A stretch of 64,000 bases of DNA from Podarcis melisellensis (Eukaryota), in the NCBI GenBank assembly GCA_964234715.1, contig OZ174282.1, one strand, 5' to 3'. The position numbers and the translations under genes are program-made. A model generated the notes under the pieces. It had not been told where the DNA came from, did no database searches, and worked only from the letters and a program-made list of their open reading frames with translations. Of the stretch, positions 1 to 13,041 are shown piece by piece. How positions within the stretch are numbered: the stretch's first letter is position 1; each line of letters opens with the position of its first letter.

Positions 1-539
1 TTTTCAGGCCTCCTTTGACTGTTTTGTCCTGTGAAGCTAAACAATGCAGCAACTATTGAACACATTTAATAACAAATAATTTTAAAAATAAGCATGATAA
101 TTTGCACTTGGACAGAACTGGCTTGGCTCACCCTTTCCATTGAGATATTGCTCCTTTACTGTTCTGACTGATGAAAAGTTCTGTGCAATCCAATATATTG
201 CGCAAACAGATTGTATGTTTCTATGCACTCAGGAAAGCTGTGCTATTAAGCTGAGGGAAAAATACTGTGATTCCATTAAAGGTACTCTGTGAGCAAAGAC
301 AGGAGCCCTGAGCAGAAATAACTCCAGACTATACATGAGAGAGAGAAGTATCTTAAAGTATAATAGAATGTAAACCAGGTTGGAAAGAACCACAGTGATA
401 TTTTACATCACAGGTGAATACTGGTCTGAATTAACAGCTCATTAAGCAAAAATATTTGCAAGCCTGGATCTAAAAGGAAAATCTCATTGATTGTCATATA
501 TAATTTCCAGTCTGTGGATAAATCTGAAAAAATGTCAGC

Positions 540-860
540 CAGCCAGGCTCTTACCATGCACCAAACAAACAGGTGTCTATTGGCCTCCTGACCTGTGACA
601 TCAGCCACACAATAAAAACCCCTCCATTTACAGAGCAAGCCATTTGGTCCTGGTCTATGGCATAATACCTGCTTCATAAAATGCGGAAACATTTATAACA
701 AATGCCTTGTTAAATCCCGGGAGGAACCGAGTCTTACGATGTGAAGTATTCCCTCCAGAAATCTTGTAAATCATAGAAAAGTTTAACATATCCTGGGACA
801 GGTCTGACAATCTGTTTGTGGTTTCCAGTTCGTTTTCAAACATTAGATCTGGTCAAGCCA
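540..860 (-). mobile_element. Possible highly degenerate L1 ORF1 C-terminal fragment
   Basis: RDLTRHLL*MFPHFMKQV...NGLLCKWRGFY loosely resembles QDLS..TL.RR...GI.YKW; weak. Confidence 0.3.
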
Positions 861-1306
861 CAAATAGCAAAAGGATCCCTTGACGTTTTCCATGCCAAAA
901 GTTTGTTTAAATCTTGCTAGAGGAGCGGGTTTACATGCCAGGCAAATCTGGTTTCTAAAAATCAATTAATGTTCTAGTTTTTTTAAAATTCCATTTACTC
1001 TGTTGTTTTGTTTTCCTCATAACCTTTTAAGAGCTTTTAAGAAACAAATGGCTGGGATGGGCCAGCCCTCCTTCCCCTACTCTGGACATTCCCTTGCATG
1101 GTTTTGAAGGCTGAGTCACCATGAATACTTTCTCCTTTAAAAAAAATTATTTCTCAATAGTCTGGAATTTTTCAATATCATCAAGAATTTATATGGCTTT
1201 GGAATCTTGGGGTGGGGGAGAGAGATAATGGGATTAAGCCATTTACATCTCAATTCTAAACATTTGCTCTGCCAGGCATCTCTGCCTGCAGCCACAGTGT
1301 GACACT

Positions 1307-1508
1307 GGGAAGGTCCTTGGCTCAGAAGAAGAGCATCTGCTTTGCATAACAGAAGGTGTCCCAAATTCAATCCCCGATGGCATCTCCAAGTAGGGCAGGA
1401 AGAGACTCCTTGCTTGAAACCCTGGGGACTCGTCACTGCCAATCAGTGGAGACAATATTAAGCTAGATGGAACAAGGTTCTGGCTGGAGGTAAAGCAGTT
1501 TCCTATGT
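1307..1508 (+). mobile_element. tRNA-Ala-derived SINE
   Basis: Head gctcag..agagcatctgctttgcat..ttcaatcccc..ggcatctcca resembles tRNA-Ala(TGC); body ends gcagtttcctatgt; many copies in window. Confidence 0.75.
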
Positions 1509-2859
1509 TAAAAAACCCCTGAGGCAAGCAGACACTAACGCAACCCACTCCAGAAGTTTGCGTGCTGGGCAGCAGCAACAGGCATATCTTTCTGCAGAAG
1601 GCAATGGAGCAAAAATGAGCAGAATGAGCGCCCCGTTCCCTGGAGGTTAGCAGGGAAGGGAGCTTTAGGCAGGGGCCTTAGGGCAGGACACCCAGTGGAT
1701 ATCATCTCCCTCCTGTGCCCTGTCCACTCATCATGTCAGAGGCCAGTGAACAAAGTATGGGGGAAAGTGGATGAGATCTTAATTAAACTTAGAAGTCCCC
1801 AATCCTGAGTCATCCATCCTGAGGGGGCTGCCACAAAACAAAGGGGGTGGCCCCCTCTCCCCACTCCACCCCACCTGGATTAGGTAAGCTGTTTTCATTT
1901 GGGCAAAGCCCCCAGAATGCAGGGCCCCACCAGCTGGGCCTTCAAATGCCATACCTGTGAGTAAACACAGCGAGTTGACATTAGCACCAGGATGACCGGT
2001 GGTAGGGGATATGTCATGTGCTTAAAAACATTGGTACACTTCTTCATACTTGTTGGGAGAATCACGCCCTTGCTGCAGTCAGGAAGCCACCCCAACTTGT
2101 TGTTCAGTAGACAGAGCTGCAGAGGAGCAGCCTGGGAGGCAGCAAGTGATGCTTTGCAACCCGGCTCCTTCCATCCAGATGGAGAGACCACAGCTTACTC
2201 TTTCCTCCCTTTGTGAAACAGAGAGTCACTTTTGAAAGTGATTGGATTACCAAATTAATTCAAGCTAGTCCCAGATAACCTTCAGCAGCATTCAAAAGAC
2301 ATTCACCAAAGATGCGCTTTGGAGCTGGCGATAAGATTTCCCTTCACTGTTTGGCTGCTTCTGCCACCGGAGCGCAGCCGTGTCTTTGTGATCTCAATCA
2401 CATCTTATTCACAGAGCGGCTGGTGGGACCTGCCGCTTCAGACATTATAGCTGTGTGTGTGTGTGTGTGTGCATGGATTATTAAAATGAAACTGCATTTG
2501 CCTCTCTGGACAGCATTTCTCTTGCAGGCCCCTTTGGCTGAAACTCACCGTGGGTTTCCTTTATCAAATTAATATGGCAGGCACATTAAATGTCAAAAAA
2601 GTAACATTAGGCTAATGTTGCCACTTAGATCTCACTTACAGTAAGGCAAAGAAATAAAAAAGGTTAAGTTGTTGTTCTAGATTAGAGCAAAGGGGAAAGA
2701 AGAAGGGCTGGGGTGGAGCTTGCTCCCAGTACAGTAATGTCAGACACTCTGCTAATGCTCTACAGCCGCTCCTGATCGTATCAACGCTCCTGTGATTTCG
2801 CCTGCAATAAAAGGAGATCTATTATAGAGAAGGCAAATGAAAACTGTAAATGAGGCTTT

Positions 2860-3470
2860 TGAAAATGGGGTCCAACTTTTGTCCCAGCTGGCTAAACTCA
2901 TGAATCAGAATGGAGACCTCCAGATGAAACTTTATAACCTCAAAAATTGCAGGCAGCACAGGCAGAATCTGTGAGTGAGGGGAATTCTGGAAACCACAGG
3001 GCTGGGCGCAGGGGGGACACAACTTGTTGGATATGCTAACACATTGGGGCCAAGATGCATTCCCAAATTTGAGAATGAATGATACAAATGCAGAATGAGT
3101 CCACAGAGCCCTTGACCACAAGCACTCCAACCCAGCCAAGCCTAGAGATATTGTGTCATTTGAATGCTTTACACTACAGTAAAGGACGAAATAGCACGGG
3201 GGACTTGCAGCACCCAACATCTTCCCTGCCACTGATCCTCTGTAATGCTTCTTCAAGATTTGAGCACAGACACCCTTTGCAGGAGGCAGATCCTGAGATT
3301 GCCTACTCTGAAGCGACAGGAAGCCAAGGTGCCAAATAAATGGGGGTCCCCCTTTCACCTTATGGTAGAGCAGATGGGATACAACATATAACTGCAAGGA
3401 TGCAGTCCAAATTTTGGCTCTCCTCAACGCTGCATCTCCATAGATGGAGGAGGAGGAGGGCCTTGAAGAA
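2860..3470 (+). mobile_element. Degenerate L1 ORF1p fragment
   Basis: Broken frames give MKLYNLKNCRQHRQNL*VRGILE, E*VHRAL...PRDIV and LQDLSTDTLCRRQIL...KWGSPFHLMV, matching L1 ORF1 motifs LENRSRRxNLRxxGIPE, ERAHR..PRDI, QDLS..TL.RR..WGFPF. Confidence 0.75.
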
Positions 3471-4767
3471 GACTTTGAAGAAATGCTGCAACAAAACTGG
3501 ATGAATTGGACAACAGGATAAAGCAGATAGGCCCCTAAGAAGAGACAATGTTTTTCTACATCTGACCAGGTCACAAGCTGAACAAGGAAAACACAGAGCA
3601 CATTAGCTTTTATCTACACTTACCTTTTGCCCCAGTCTTTAAAGCTGAAGTGCAATAAATGGCAATTCTGGTTTTCTGCAAGGTGCCGTTTGCTCTGATT
3701 CAACAGTAAAGAGCGGGTTTTCATGGGGAAAACTCCCGAGCAAGAAAAAGGGTGCTTGGACACAGAACTTTAAAGCACAGACTGTGCCTGGAAACCATGG
3801 AGGAAATATAAGTGTGGAAAATTTCTTATTTATTCTTCTTTACTTTTTCTTAGTTACTTGTGTGAGAGAGACAAGCAGCGCAGAGGTAAAAGTAATGGGG
3901 AGACCCTGGCTCCAACTCCCAATGGTCACAAAATGCTGCTGCTTCACCTCCTTCTCCTTGCACGGTCTTTGTGCACCACAGAAGTGCAGAAGCATCAGGG
4001 CTGAGATGGGCAGCGGTTGGAGCGGCTGTTACAAGTGCAGGAGGAGAGCCTGTTTCCCAAGCTTAGGGCCACAAGGGGAAGACACTGAGAGGCCTGCATA
4101 AGATCCAACTTTCAGTGGCAGAACAGGATGGGGGTGGAAGCTGGGCAAGGAGAGAACGTGCCAAGTCAGACACATTGAGTCCATCTAGCCCAGAATTGTC
4201 TACACTGACCAGCAGCTGTCCTCTGGGGTTTCAGGCAGGGAGAGCTGACTGAAGATCTTCCCTCTGGGTGACCTTGGGCAAGTTGCCACTTCCCAGACTC
4301 ACTACTGTTTAATCTGTATGCTATTTGCACAGCACCTTGTAAAGCAAAAGTTCCGCAGGAGTGGTTAAAATAATAGCATGAATGTGTTGCAGCTGCCAAG
4401 TCCTGGTTGCCAAAGGTCACAGTGGATTATTTTCCATGCTTCTAAACTACTCTGCTGTTCTGAGCTACTTGCCTCAAACCAAAGTGTTGGGCCCCACAGC
4501 AGTGGCCTCAAAAGTGGCCCATGTTATTAATGACTGTCGAAGACATGCCAGGCACACCCCCCCCCCCACATATGCTCTGGTGGGTTGAGCCAAAGAAGGG
4601 ATAATTCCTTCACCTCTCAACAATAGGAACATAAGAAACCACCCAGTACAGAGTCAGAGCCTTGATCTATCTAGATCAGGATTATCTATGCTAACTGGCA
4701 ATAGCACCGGTCCAATATTTTGGGCAGGTGTCTCTCTGAGCCCTACCTGGAGATGCCATTGCCACTG

Positions 4768-5120
4768 GTAAAGGTAAATTACCCATGGGTGGTTAAGTCC
4801 AGTCAAAGGTGACTATGGGGTGCGGTGCTCATCTTGCTTTCAGGCCAAGAGAGCTGGCGTTTGTCCACAGACAGCTTTCTGGGTCATGTGGCCAGCATGA
4901 CTAAACTGCTTCTGGTGCAACAGAACACTGTGATGGAAGCCAGAGCACATGGAAACACTGTTTACCTTCCCGCTGCAGTGGTACCTATTCAAATACTTGC
5001 ACTGCCGTGCTTTCGAACTGCTAGGTTGGCAGGAGCTGGGACAGAGCAACGGGAGCTCACTCCATCGTGGGGATTCGAACCGCCAACCTTATGATTGGCA
5101 AGCCCAAGAGGCTCAGTGGC
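4768..5120 (-). mobile_element. Sauria SINE, older copy
   Basis: Collinear with 44576-44929 (ggtcatgtggccagcatgactaa, ctaggttggcaggagc, ggggattcgaacc), ACCTTT tail. Confidence 0.88.
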
Positions 5121-7964
5121 CCATGACATAAGTTTCCATTGAACTTGCAAAGTGTGGGGAGGGCCACACTGTCAGGGCCTGGTACAAAGGTCTATGCTCT
5201 ATCCTCCTAGGTGACCCCTTCACAATGCTCCTAAAGGCAAGGGGCAATCAAAAGCTTAGTGTGCACTATATAAATAATAAAATTAGTATTAGTAGTATTA
5301 GTAGTGCAAATGGAATCCAGTGTGTTCAGTCCTCTCCAAAGAAAATGTTTTCTGCTAAGATGGCCCTTCTAAAAAAAATCCCTGAAACACCAGAAACTTA
5401 TCATTACATTAAAAAAAAACCAACCCAGAAATATTTACAAAAGTTTCTTTAAACAAAAACAGATTTTCCTTCTGAAAAGCCTCCATCCTGACACAAAATG
5501 AACATGCTGGCTGTTTCATTCACAACTTTACATTCTTTTTGGTTTTTATGCACAGGTTATTTCAACATTCATTCCTCTAACAAGCACTGAATATCTAATT
5601 AAAGATGGTGCATCTTCAAGCCTTCATTATTGTCTAGAGGTTTTTCACTTCCAAGAAAACTTATTAGGGCCCCTCTATTAATGTAATTTAATTGTGGGGG
5701 GCAGGGGGAGCATTTGTTTTTCATTTCAAAAATAGGTGGTTTTGAAATTCTGGCCTGTCAACATCACTTAAAACATCCCTGTTCCGTGCCTCGCTGTAAT
5801 ACATTAAATCAGCATTTTAATTGTGCCCTGGCCTTGCGGTTCCTGGCAGTACAATAAGTTCTTCTGTGAAAGCACATCTCTAAAAGTCCTACTGAGTGAT
5901 TAATTACAAGTCTGGAAGATATAAATATGCCGTTCAGTACGGACAGTATGGACTGTTGGAAGCGATGGTCTGTTATGCCCTGGAGAGCTCCTTTACTTAG
6001 CAGACATCGTTTTAATTCAAACAAGATTCCAGCTTTGCTGGTCTCCTCCAACAGCAAGACTGGCCTCCATTAGCCTCCTTCATTAGCACCACATACAAAC
6101 CTCCAGAATCACTTAGCTGTTCCTACAGAATTCCATCAGCTTCCTGTAAGGCTGCAAACACACAATACACTTAAGGCACATTTAAAGCACATGGTTCCCT
6201 GCAGAGAAGCCTGGAAACTGTAGTTCACACACCCCACAGAGCTACAATTCCCAGCAGCCTCAACAAACTACATTTCTCAGGATTCTTTGGGAATATGTCC
6301 TATGCTTTAAAATAATGTATGGTGTGTATGCATACAGGGAGAAGAAAAAGCAGGAGAATTTTGTCAGCATGTTACTCAACGGACAGTGGCAGCTCCTTCA
6401 TGTACGACAGGTGGATTTGATGTTGTCGCTGGCTGCTACATTCAGAAACTGCTGATGGAATGTCCCTCCAGTCCAAAAATGTGTTGCCAAGTGACAGGGC
6501 AGGAGGTCGAGAGAAATAATCTATGACCAGAACAACCTGCCCCTTCAGTGCTTGGAACCAGCTGAACAGGAATTTGCTTCTTTGCTAATACAAAACAATA
6601 GTGTATAATTTATGCTGTTCTTGTAATGCCCAGATCTACAGCACTACCCTTAGCCTCTTTATTTGGCCCTCAGAAGCAGAAACAGAAGGCTCTGTCAATT
6701 TCAGTTCTCAGTTGTTCATTTTTCCAGTTTGGTTCTCCACATTTCCTTAGCAATTTGTGAATATCTTTTTTAAAATGCTCTTGAAAGTTCTTTAGAAATT
6801 TAGTGTTAATTTCTCCCCATAAATATATTTTTATGCAGTTTTAACTAATATGCACATTTTTGTAAGCAATTTCTCCTAACATAATGCAGGCTTGTAAGTT
6901 ATTTTCTTGAATATATTCATTTTTATGGACACTTTCTTCTAATCTGTGCATTTTTGTAAACACTGGTTGGAGAACTGCACTGCAAAATTTGTATGCGTGA
7001 ATTCTGAAGGATGTCTGGTTTTGGTTCTCATATTTTGGGGAAAGTACAAACATGATGAATTCAGCTTTGAATGTGAATGGAATCAAATTTCTCTCCCATC
7101 CCAGCTCAGGAGTCTCTGTAGACTACAGCCCTCATTCGCCCTGCTTTGCACCCTTCTTTGAGTGATTCTGCCTGGCTGGAATGTGTCCTTGAACTCTGAT
7201 AATGGCTCTTGCTTGAATGGATGGATGGAGGATAGAGAACAGTGTGTGAGTGTGTGTTGAAACCATTATACAGTACAAAGGGAAATTCAAGTTAATTGTC
7301 CCACCCACTTTCCCCCTTGGAAAGTTGTTCAGAAAGGAACATGGCGCTCAGCCTGAAAATGGTTCCCACCCCTACAGTAAACATTAGTGTGACTTGGTAT
7401 AAGGCAGCTTCCTATGATGAAACACATTTTATTTCTGGATCTTCAGTGGGCATTTTACTAATAGGCACCCAGTGAAAAACTTCTTCTTTTCTCCAAGTCG
7501 ACCTTTGGCAAAATAATTCTGCTAGCATTTGACTTTACTTTTCATTGTGGATGTGTGGAGGGGCAGCACATGCTCCCAGAGCCATTCCCACCCTCAATTC
7601 CTCTCTCCCTCTCTGCAAGGGAAGTATCCTGAGGTTAGGCAGATGAAAGCTCTCATTTCTTTCCATTTTCCTCATCATGTCTGTGTTTTAAAGGCTGATG
7701 GCAAAGGCAACCTATAATAACCCTTGATGAAGCACAGACTGCAAACATATGAAAACAAAGCAAGCATGTTGTAATTATTTATTTTTAAAGTTGGGTGAGG
7801 CAAAAGAGAGAGAGAAATCTACATGCTGTTGTCTCATTTGTCCAACGTAAGGGGTCGGCCACTGGTTGGAATGGGTGTGTGCCACCTTACCCTTTGCCTT
7901 TTTAGTATAAATAACCACATTGGGGCCGGGAAGCTGAACCCTTCTTCCGGTGGCCAAATATTTC

Positions 7965-8680
7965 TCTCTTTTTTTAATGCTATGTATTTTTTTAAATATT
8001 TATTAATATTAACAACAAAATATAACAATATGCCAAAACAAGAAAGAAACAATTCCAAATCTTACATATTAAAACATGAAACTAAGAATGAGAGAAAAGA
8101 AAAAGAAAAAAGAAGAGAAACAAAGACAAAAAAGAAGAAAAACAGACATATTCCCAACACCATATTCATCGTTACATAACCAAAGTTGATAAATCAAAGA
8201 CTTCCACTGATCTCACAACACTTCATTTCAGTCTCGTTTTATCTTTCTGTATTTCCTTATTATCTCAATCCATATATATACACGTGTGTGTGTGTGTGTG
8301 TGAATGAATATTCCTTCCCCTTTCTATTCACGAGGTCATTCTAAACTCAACCAGATTTTTACCCTTGAACCTTGTTTTTTGAAGTATTCATTCAAACAGT
8401 ACCATTCCTTCTTCACTAAGCTTTTTGGTTTTTGTCTTATTATGTCAGTCAGTTTGGCTAACCACATATTCACAAAGTTTACATAGCCATTCTTCCCTGG
8501 TAAGTATTTGTTTCCCTTTCCAGTACTTAGCTACCAGAATTTTTGCCGCTGATGTCGCATATAAGAAAATTTAAACTTTATCTTTTGGAATGTCATCGTT
8601 TAATATTCCTAATAGAATGCCTCTGGACTTTTACTATAAGTAATTCTTAGTATTTTCTTTATCTCTTCATGGATCATGCC
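7965..8680 (-). mobile_element. L1 ORF2 C-terminus plus 3'UTR/A-rich tail, truncated
   Basis: IHEEIKKILRITYSKSPEAF..LGIL..FLYATSAAKILVAKYWK..EEWL..AKLT..KEW, typical L1 ORF2 end; T-rich run near 7965 on + strand. Confidence 0.8.
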
Positions 8681-9783
8681 CCCCAAATTTCCCAATCTCC
8701 GGGCATGTCCTCGGCAGCCAGATATTTCACATTCCTTGACCATCAGTGGTAGGATTTGTTGGCTGAATCGCCTCCCTGTCAGATAAGCCAGCCCAGCCCT
8801 TTCATAGAATTGTCTACATGCTCTGGAAGCCATCTTCATCTGTTTTCTGTTCAGCAGAGTATTTTGTGACCCTCTGGCACCACCACCCCACATACCCCGG
8901 TCTACTTTACTGAAACCTTTAGGCTCAGGAGGACTGGAATGGCCAAGACAGGCAGCAAGGCTGCTCACTCAATCCTGTGCTGAGGGAGGGGGCAGGATTG
9001 TCCCCAGGGCAAGCCCAAATTATTTCACTGCCTCTGGCCGAGGTCAAGATGGCATATTCATCCCTCCATTCCAAGGACAGAACCCAACTGGGCTTGCAGT
9101 TGGCGAGGAGAGAGTGTTCATCATCATCACACCTTAGTGAAGCAGGCTGGTTTTTGGGGTGCAGGACCAGCTAAGTGACATACACAGGGCTCTGTCATCA
9201 AATAGAGGGAAATGGCTGGTTCCTCCACCGACCTGCCATCAGAGGCACTTATCTCTCCTCTGGCTAAGAAGAGGGCCGGCCGCAAGTGTCCAACAAACCA
9301 CATCCTGAGACATCTTTGGAAGCTAAGGGAAGCATTTCTACCTCCTCAGTCCAAGATGTGGGAAGTGTCTTCCTTGCTTGGTTTTGAAAAGTGATAGACT
9401 GTAGGTACATCATTATGGAACCTGGCTTGTATATTATATAAGCAGCAGCATTTATGTATCCTATTTTATTTTATTTTAATGTGTGAGAAATTACTTTTTT
9501 TATTATCCACCTTTTATAACACCACCCTAACCCCGTAATAGTAGTTTAAACTCACAACCCATTTGAAACACAATTACTAAAAAAGGGGGGGGAAAGCCTG
9601 ACCATAACCACCACTCCTCTGCAAAATCAAAACATAAAAGAATGCTGGATTCCACCCACAATTGGGGCTGCTTGTTTATAACAATGTAGGCTCATTATTA
9701 ATATGAATTGGGGGAGAAGAAAGATCAAAGCTAATGTTTATTCCTGGTGGCATGTGAGCTGAAGGACATTCCCAGACATTTGA

Positions 9784-9785
<2 letters not shown>

Positions 9786-9822
<37 letters not shown>
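9786..9822. repeat. (CA)n microsatellite (others at ~11024-11051, 31687-31711, 40363-40398, 50786-50825, 63054-63077)
   Basis: Direct reading. Confidence 0.93.
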
Positions 9823-9823
<1 letters not shown>

Positions 9824-11411
9824 GCTCTTTTCCTCATGTTTCCTTTGGGGGGAAATCTGTTTAGTGAATTCCTCTCCCGGCTCTGGCTTTATGAACCAGG
9901 TTTGTCTCTCTTCCATCTGCAAATGGCCAGCTGAGCTGCTGGGGGAGCCTCCAAGTTGGCTGTGATTTCATTCACTCAGGCGCAGCTAAGCATCTTAACA
10001 ACCAAGCAGGGAAAATGAGTAACAAAAGGGCAGCCAGTCTATGGCCATTGTGCAGCAGCAAACTCCACTCCTTTGCTGCATAAGGAAACATTTAATCTTC
10101 AAACAGGTGACCACTTTGTCAATTATTACTTTTCACATGGCGGGGAAGCTAGAGAGCTGGGGTTAGCATCAAAAAAATGTGTGAGATCTGAGCGAAAAAC
10201 TAAGGATATCCCACCCTTTATATGGTTTAATATTTCTTTCCATACCACTGGAGCCATCTGTATCTGCAATTACGAGGGAAAACAATAGGGATTTGCAATA
10301 AATCTTGCCTAAAGCTGCAAATTGTTCTGGTGCTTACAAGCAGGGATTATGAATAGCTTGTTTGTTTCTGGGCAGAGATACCAAGTCAAGAGTAAGGATT
10401 GTGGGTGGCCGCAAAGGCACCGATGCCGACATGGCAAACTGACTTCCCTCAGAGAGGTGCATTAGCCTCTATTGGTTACAGTTGAGCGCGACTCACATTC
10501 CGGGGCCACACAGCATCCCTTGGGGGAGTGCTACAATATCCTTCCCACGTCCCTTTGCTATGCCTATCAGCAAGCTGATGCCAGGAGATTAGGTCCATAG
10601 CAGTCAATCGTTCCATATAAACATCCTCTTTGCTGCAAATTTTTGCCACTCCCGTTCCACCCCAGTCTGTCTTAGCGTGACTAATGACATCCACCAGAGA
10701 ACCGCAGCTTGAGCCACGGCGCTGTAGCAATCATGTAGCTCTGTGCATGCATTTTAATTTCATGCTCTGTTGGGGGGGGTGGAGAGAAGAGGGAGTGGGG
10801 AATCACCACCAGGCTTAAACAAAAATTGAGTCTTTATCATGTGTTGTTTTACACGCCTTTTTTTTTAAAAAAAGCTCCCCAGCTGCATAATGTGCTTCTC
10901 GAAAGGTACCTCAACTGAAGCTGCTGCTACCTGGAGAGGAGGCTATAGAAAGGAGATTTGATCAGAACCTGATTGGAGTCTTCTGGATTAAAAGCAACAA
11001 CAGCCTGAAAATAAGTACTGTGTACACACACACACACACACACACACACATATGATAACCCTGGGAAATCTGAAGCATACCAATAGTTTCAGTAGATGGC
11101 TGCTCTGACCAGCCTCCCTCGTTCTCCTTGCAGCGTGGTTTGGCCTGACAGCACCCGCCACCCCATCACAGTCTCCATGGGAGAATTGCTACCGGCAGAT
11201 CACACACCTGGGCAGTTTTGAACACAAGAAGCAGTTGATGTCCTTCCAAGAATAAGGAAATGGGGGAAGAACAAGTGACACCATGGAGGTGGTCTGGCTG
11301 AGGCGACTGGGCTGGTCTCCTCAGATGTGTTATACGAACACTGCTTTCCTTATCCCTGACATTTGCCTTCAGTGAAGAATAATATAAAAGGCTTCCAACT
11401 TTGTCATAAAC

Positions 11412-11707
11412 CAGGAATCCCAAACTGTGGTCTGTGGACCACAAGTGGTCTGTGAGCTTCATTCAGGCGATCCATGGCATGTCTGTGGATTTGTGGTTGA
11501 AGAAGGAGGCAGCACATCCGTCACACGGAATATTCATAATTGTATTTTTATTGCTCCATTTTATTTCTTTTATTGTATTTTATTGTGTTACAGATTGAAT
11601 TCTATGGAATTACAACTGCTGCAGCAGGCGGGAACATCGTTAAGTGGTATGCCAAGACCCTCAGCAATTTTCTCCCCAAGGTGGGGGGAATATTTGGGAA
11701 CCCTTGT
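11412..11707. mobile_element. Non-autonomous hAT-like DNA transposon
   Basis: Imperfect TIRs caggaatcccaaac / tttgggaacccttg, internal gtggtc/gaccac repeats. Confidence 0.5.
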
Positions 11708-11719
11708 GGTAGACTCTCT

Positions 11720-11900
11720 CCCACACTGTGCAGGTGGCTTTAAAGGAGGAGGAGATAAATTCATGGAGAATGAGGCTATCAGCAGCTACAAGTCATGGTG
11801 GCTATGTTCAACCTCCTCTATCACAGGCAGTAGGTGTCTGAATGCCAGTTGCTGGGGAGAATGCAATTGTACTCATGTCCAGTGGGCTTCCTGATGGGAC
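11720..11900 (+). mobile_element. CR1 LINE 3' fragment
   Basis: tggctttaaa...ataaattcatggag..aggctatca, typical CR1 ORF2 end/3'UTR. Confidence 0.55.
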
Positions 11901-12104
11901 ACTTTATTGGGTACAAACAGGGACAACCCAGTCAGATGGGCAGGGTATAACTAATATTATTATTATTACTATTGTTATTACTAAACTAGATAGGGCCCCC
12001 TAGCCTGATCCCTCTGCAGCTGGGCTCTTCTTATGAATGTCTTCCAATGCTAATGCTGAGAGAAAGGGGTGGGAAAATAATTGGTTCCATCACACGGAAG
12101 ATGA

Positions 12105-12312
12105 AGCAAGCTTGTTTTCTGCAGCTTCAATGGATTCAAATTACAAGAAAGGAGATTCCAACGAAACATGAGGAAGAATTTTCTGAGGGCAAAAGCTGTT
12201 TGGCAGTGCTGCAGCAGGCACCTCAAATGTGGTGGACTCCCCTTCATCAAGGTTTTTAAACAGGTTTGATGGCCGTCTGTCAGGGATTATTCAGCTTTGG
12301 TTCCTGCATGGC
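12105..12312 (+). mobile_element. CR1 LINE 3' fragment
   Basis: aatggattcaaattacaagaaaggagattc...aggaagaattttctga...gtggtggactcccctt...gtttttaaacag. Confidence 0.7.
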
Positions 12313-13041
12313 CATGGAGGAACACACCTGACCTTTGGGAGCCCTTCCAGGATCATTTGAACTACAACCCAGCCAGCATGGCCAATGGCCAGGAAGGGTA
12401 GAAGCTGTAGTCCAACAATATCTGGAGGGCACCAGGTCAGCCCTTCCCCTGCATTGTACACACCAGTCAGTGTAGGTCTTACAGGTGCAGCACACAAGGT
12501 AGCACTAAAGAACAAAGAGAGAAAGCACTCCATCTCCTTGTTCATACCTGAGAACAAGGCCCTGGACATGAGCCATTTCAGAAGGCGCAGATTGAGACAT
12601 CTCCCTCACTCCTTGGCATGTGCAGGGAGCATATTGGGCAGTGCTGTAGCAATTCCACAGGCTCCTTGCTGGCTCCCAGGCTCACTCCAAGATTGGGCTG
12701 GTGTAGACCAGGCCCTGCCTCTCTCCAGTGGAGGAACACACCTGACCCCTGACTCAGGCGCTCCTGCTCCTGATGCAAGACCCAAAATAAGTTTTTATGA
12801 CCATGTGGTTGCTGCTGCTGTCGCCTTTCCCTTCCCTGAGGATTTTGAGAAGGAAGCAAAGGCCATTTTCTTTGCTTTATGAGTTTCAATATCTGGGTTG
12901 TTTTTTGGTCCCAAAATACTGTTGTGCTGCGTGGCTAAAGCACTTTATAATTTCCTGCTGATTATTGTTGCTATTCTGCTGCCGTTATGCTAGAAGCTGC
13001 CTTGGGCTTATAGGAAAGATGAAAGGTCTAAACACATAAGC

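Noticed and set aside
1307-1390. tRNA-Ala-like sequences as tRNA genes
   Set aside because: Degenerate, always fused to the same SINE body, and multi-copy
2822-3601. 259-aa minus-strand ORF as a gene
   Set aside because: No recognisable domain, non-ATG start, and antisense to a decayed L1 ORF1
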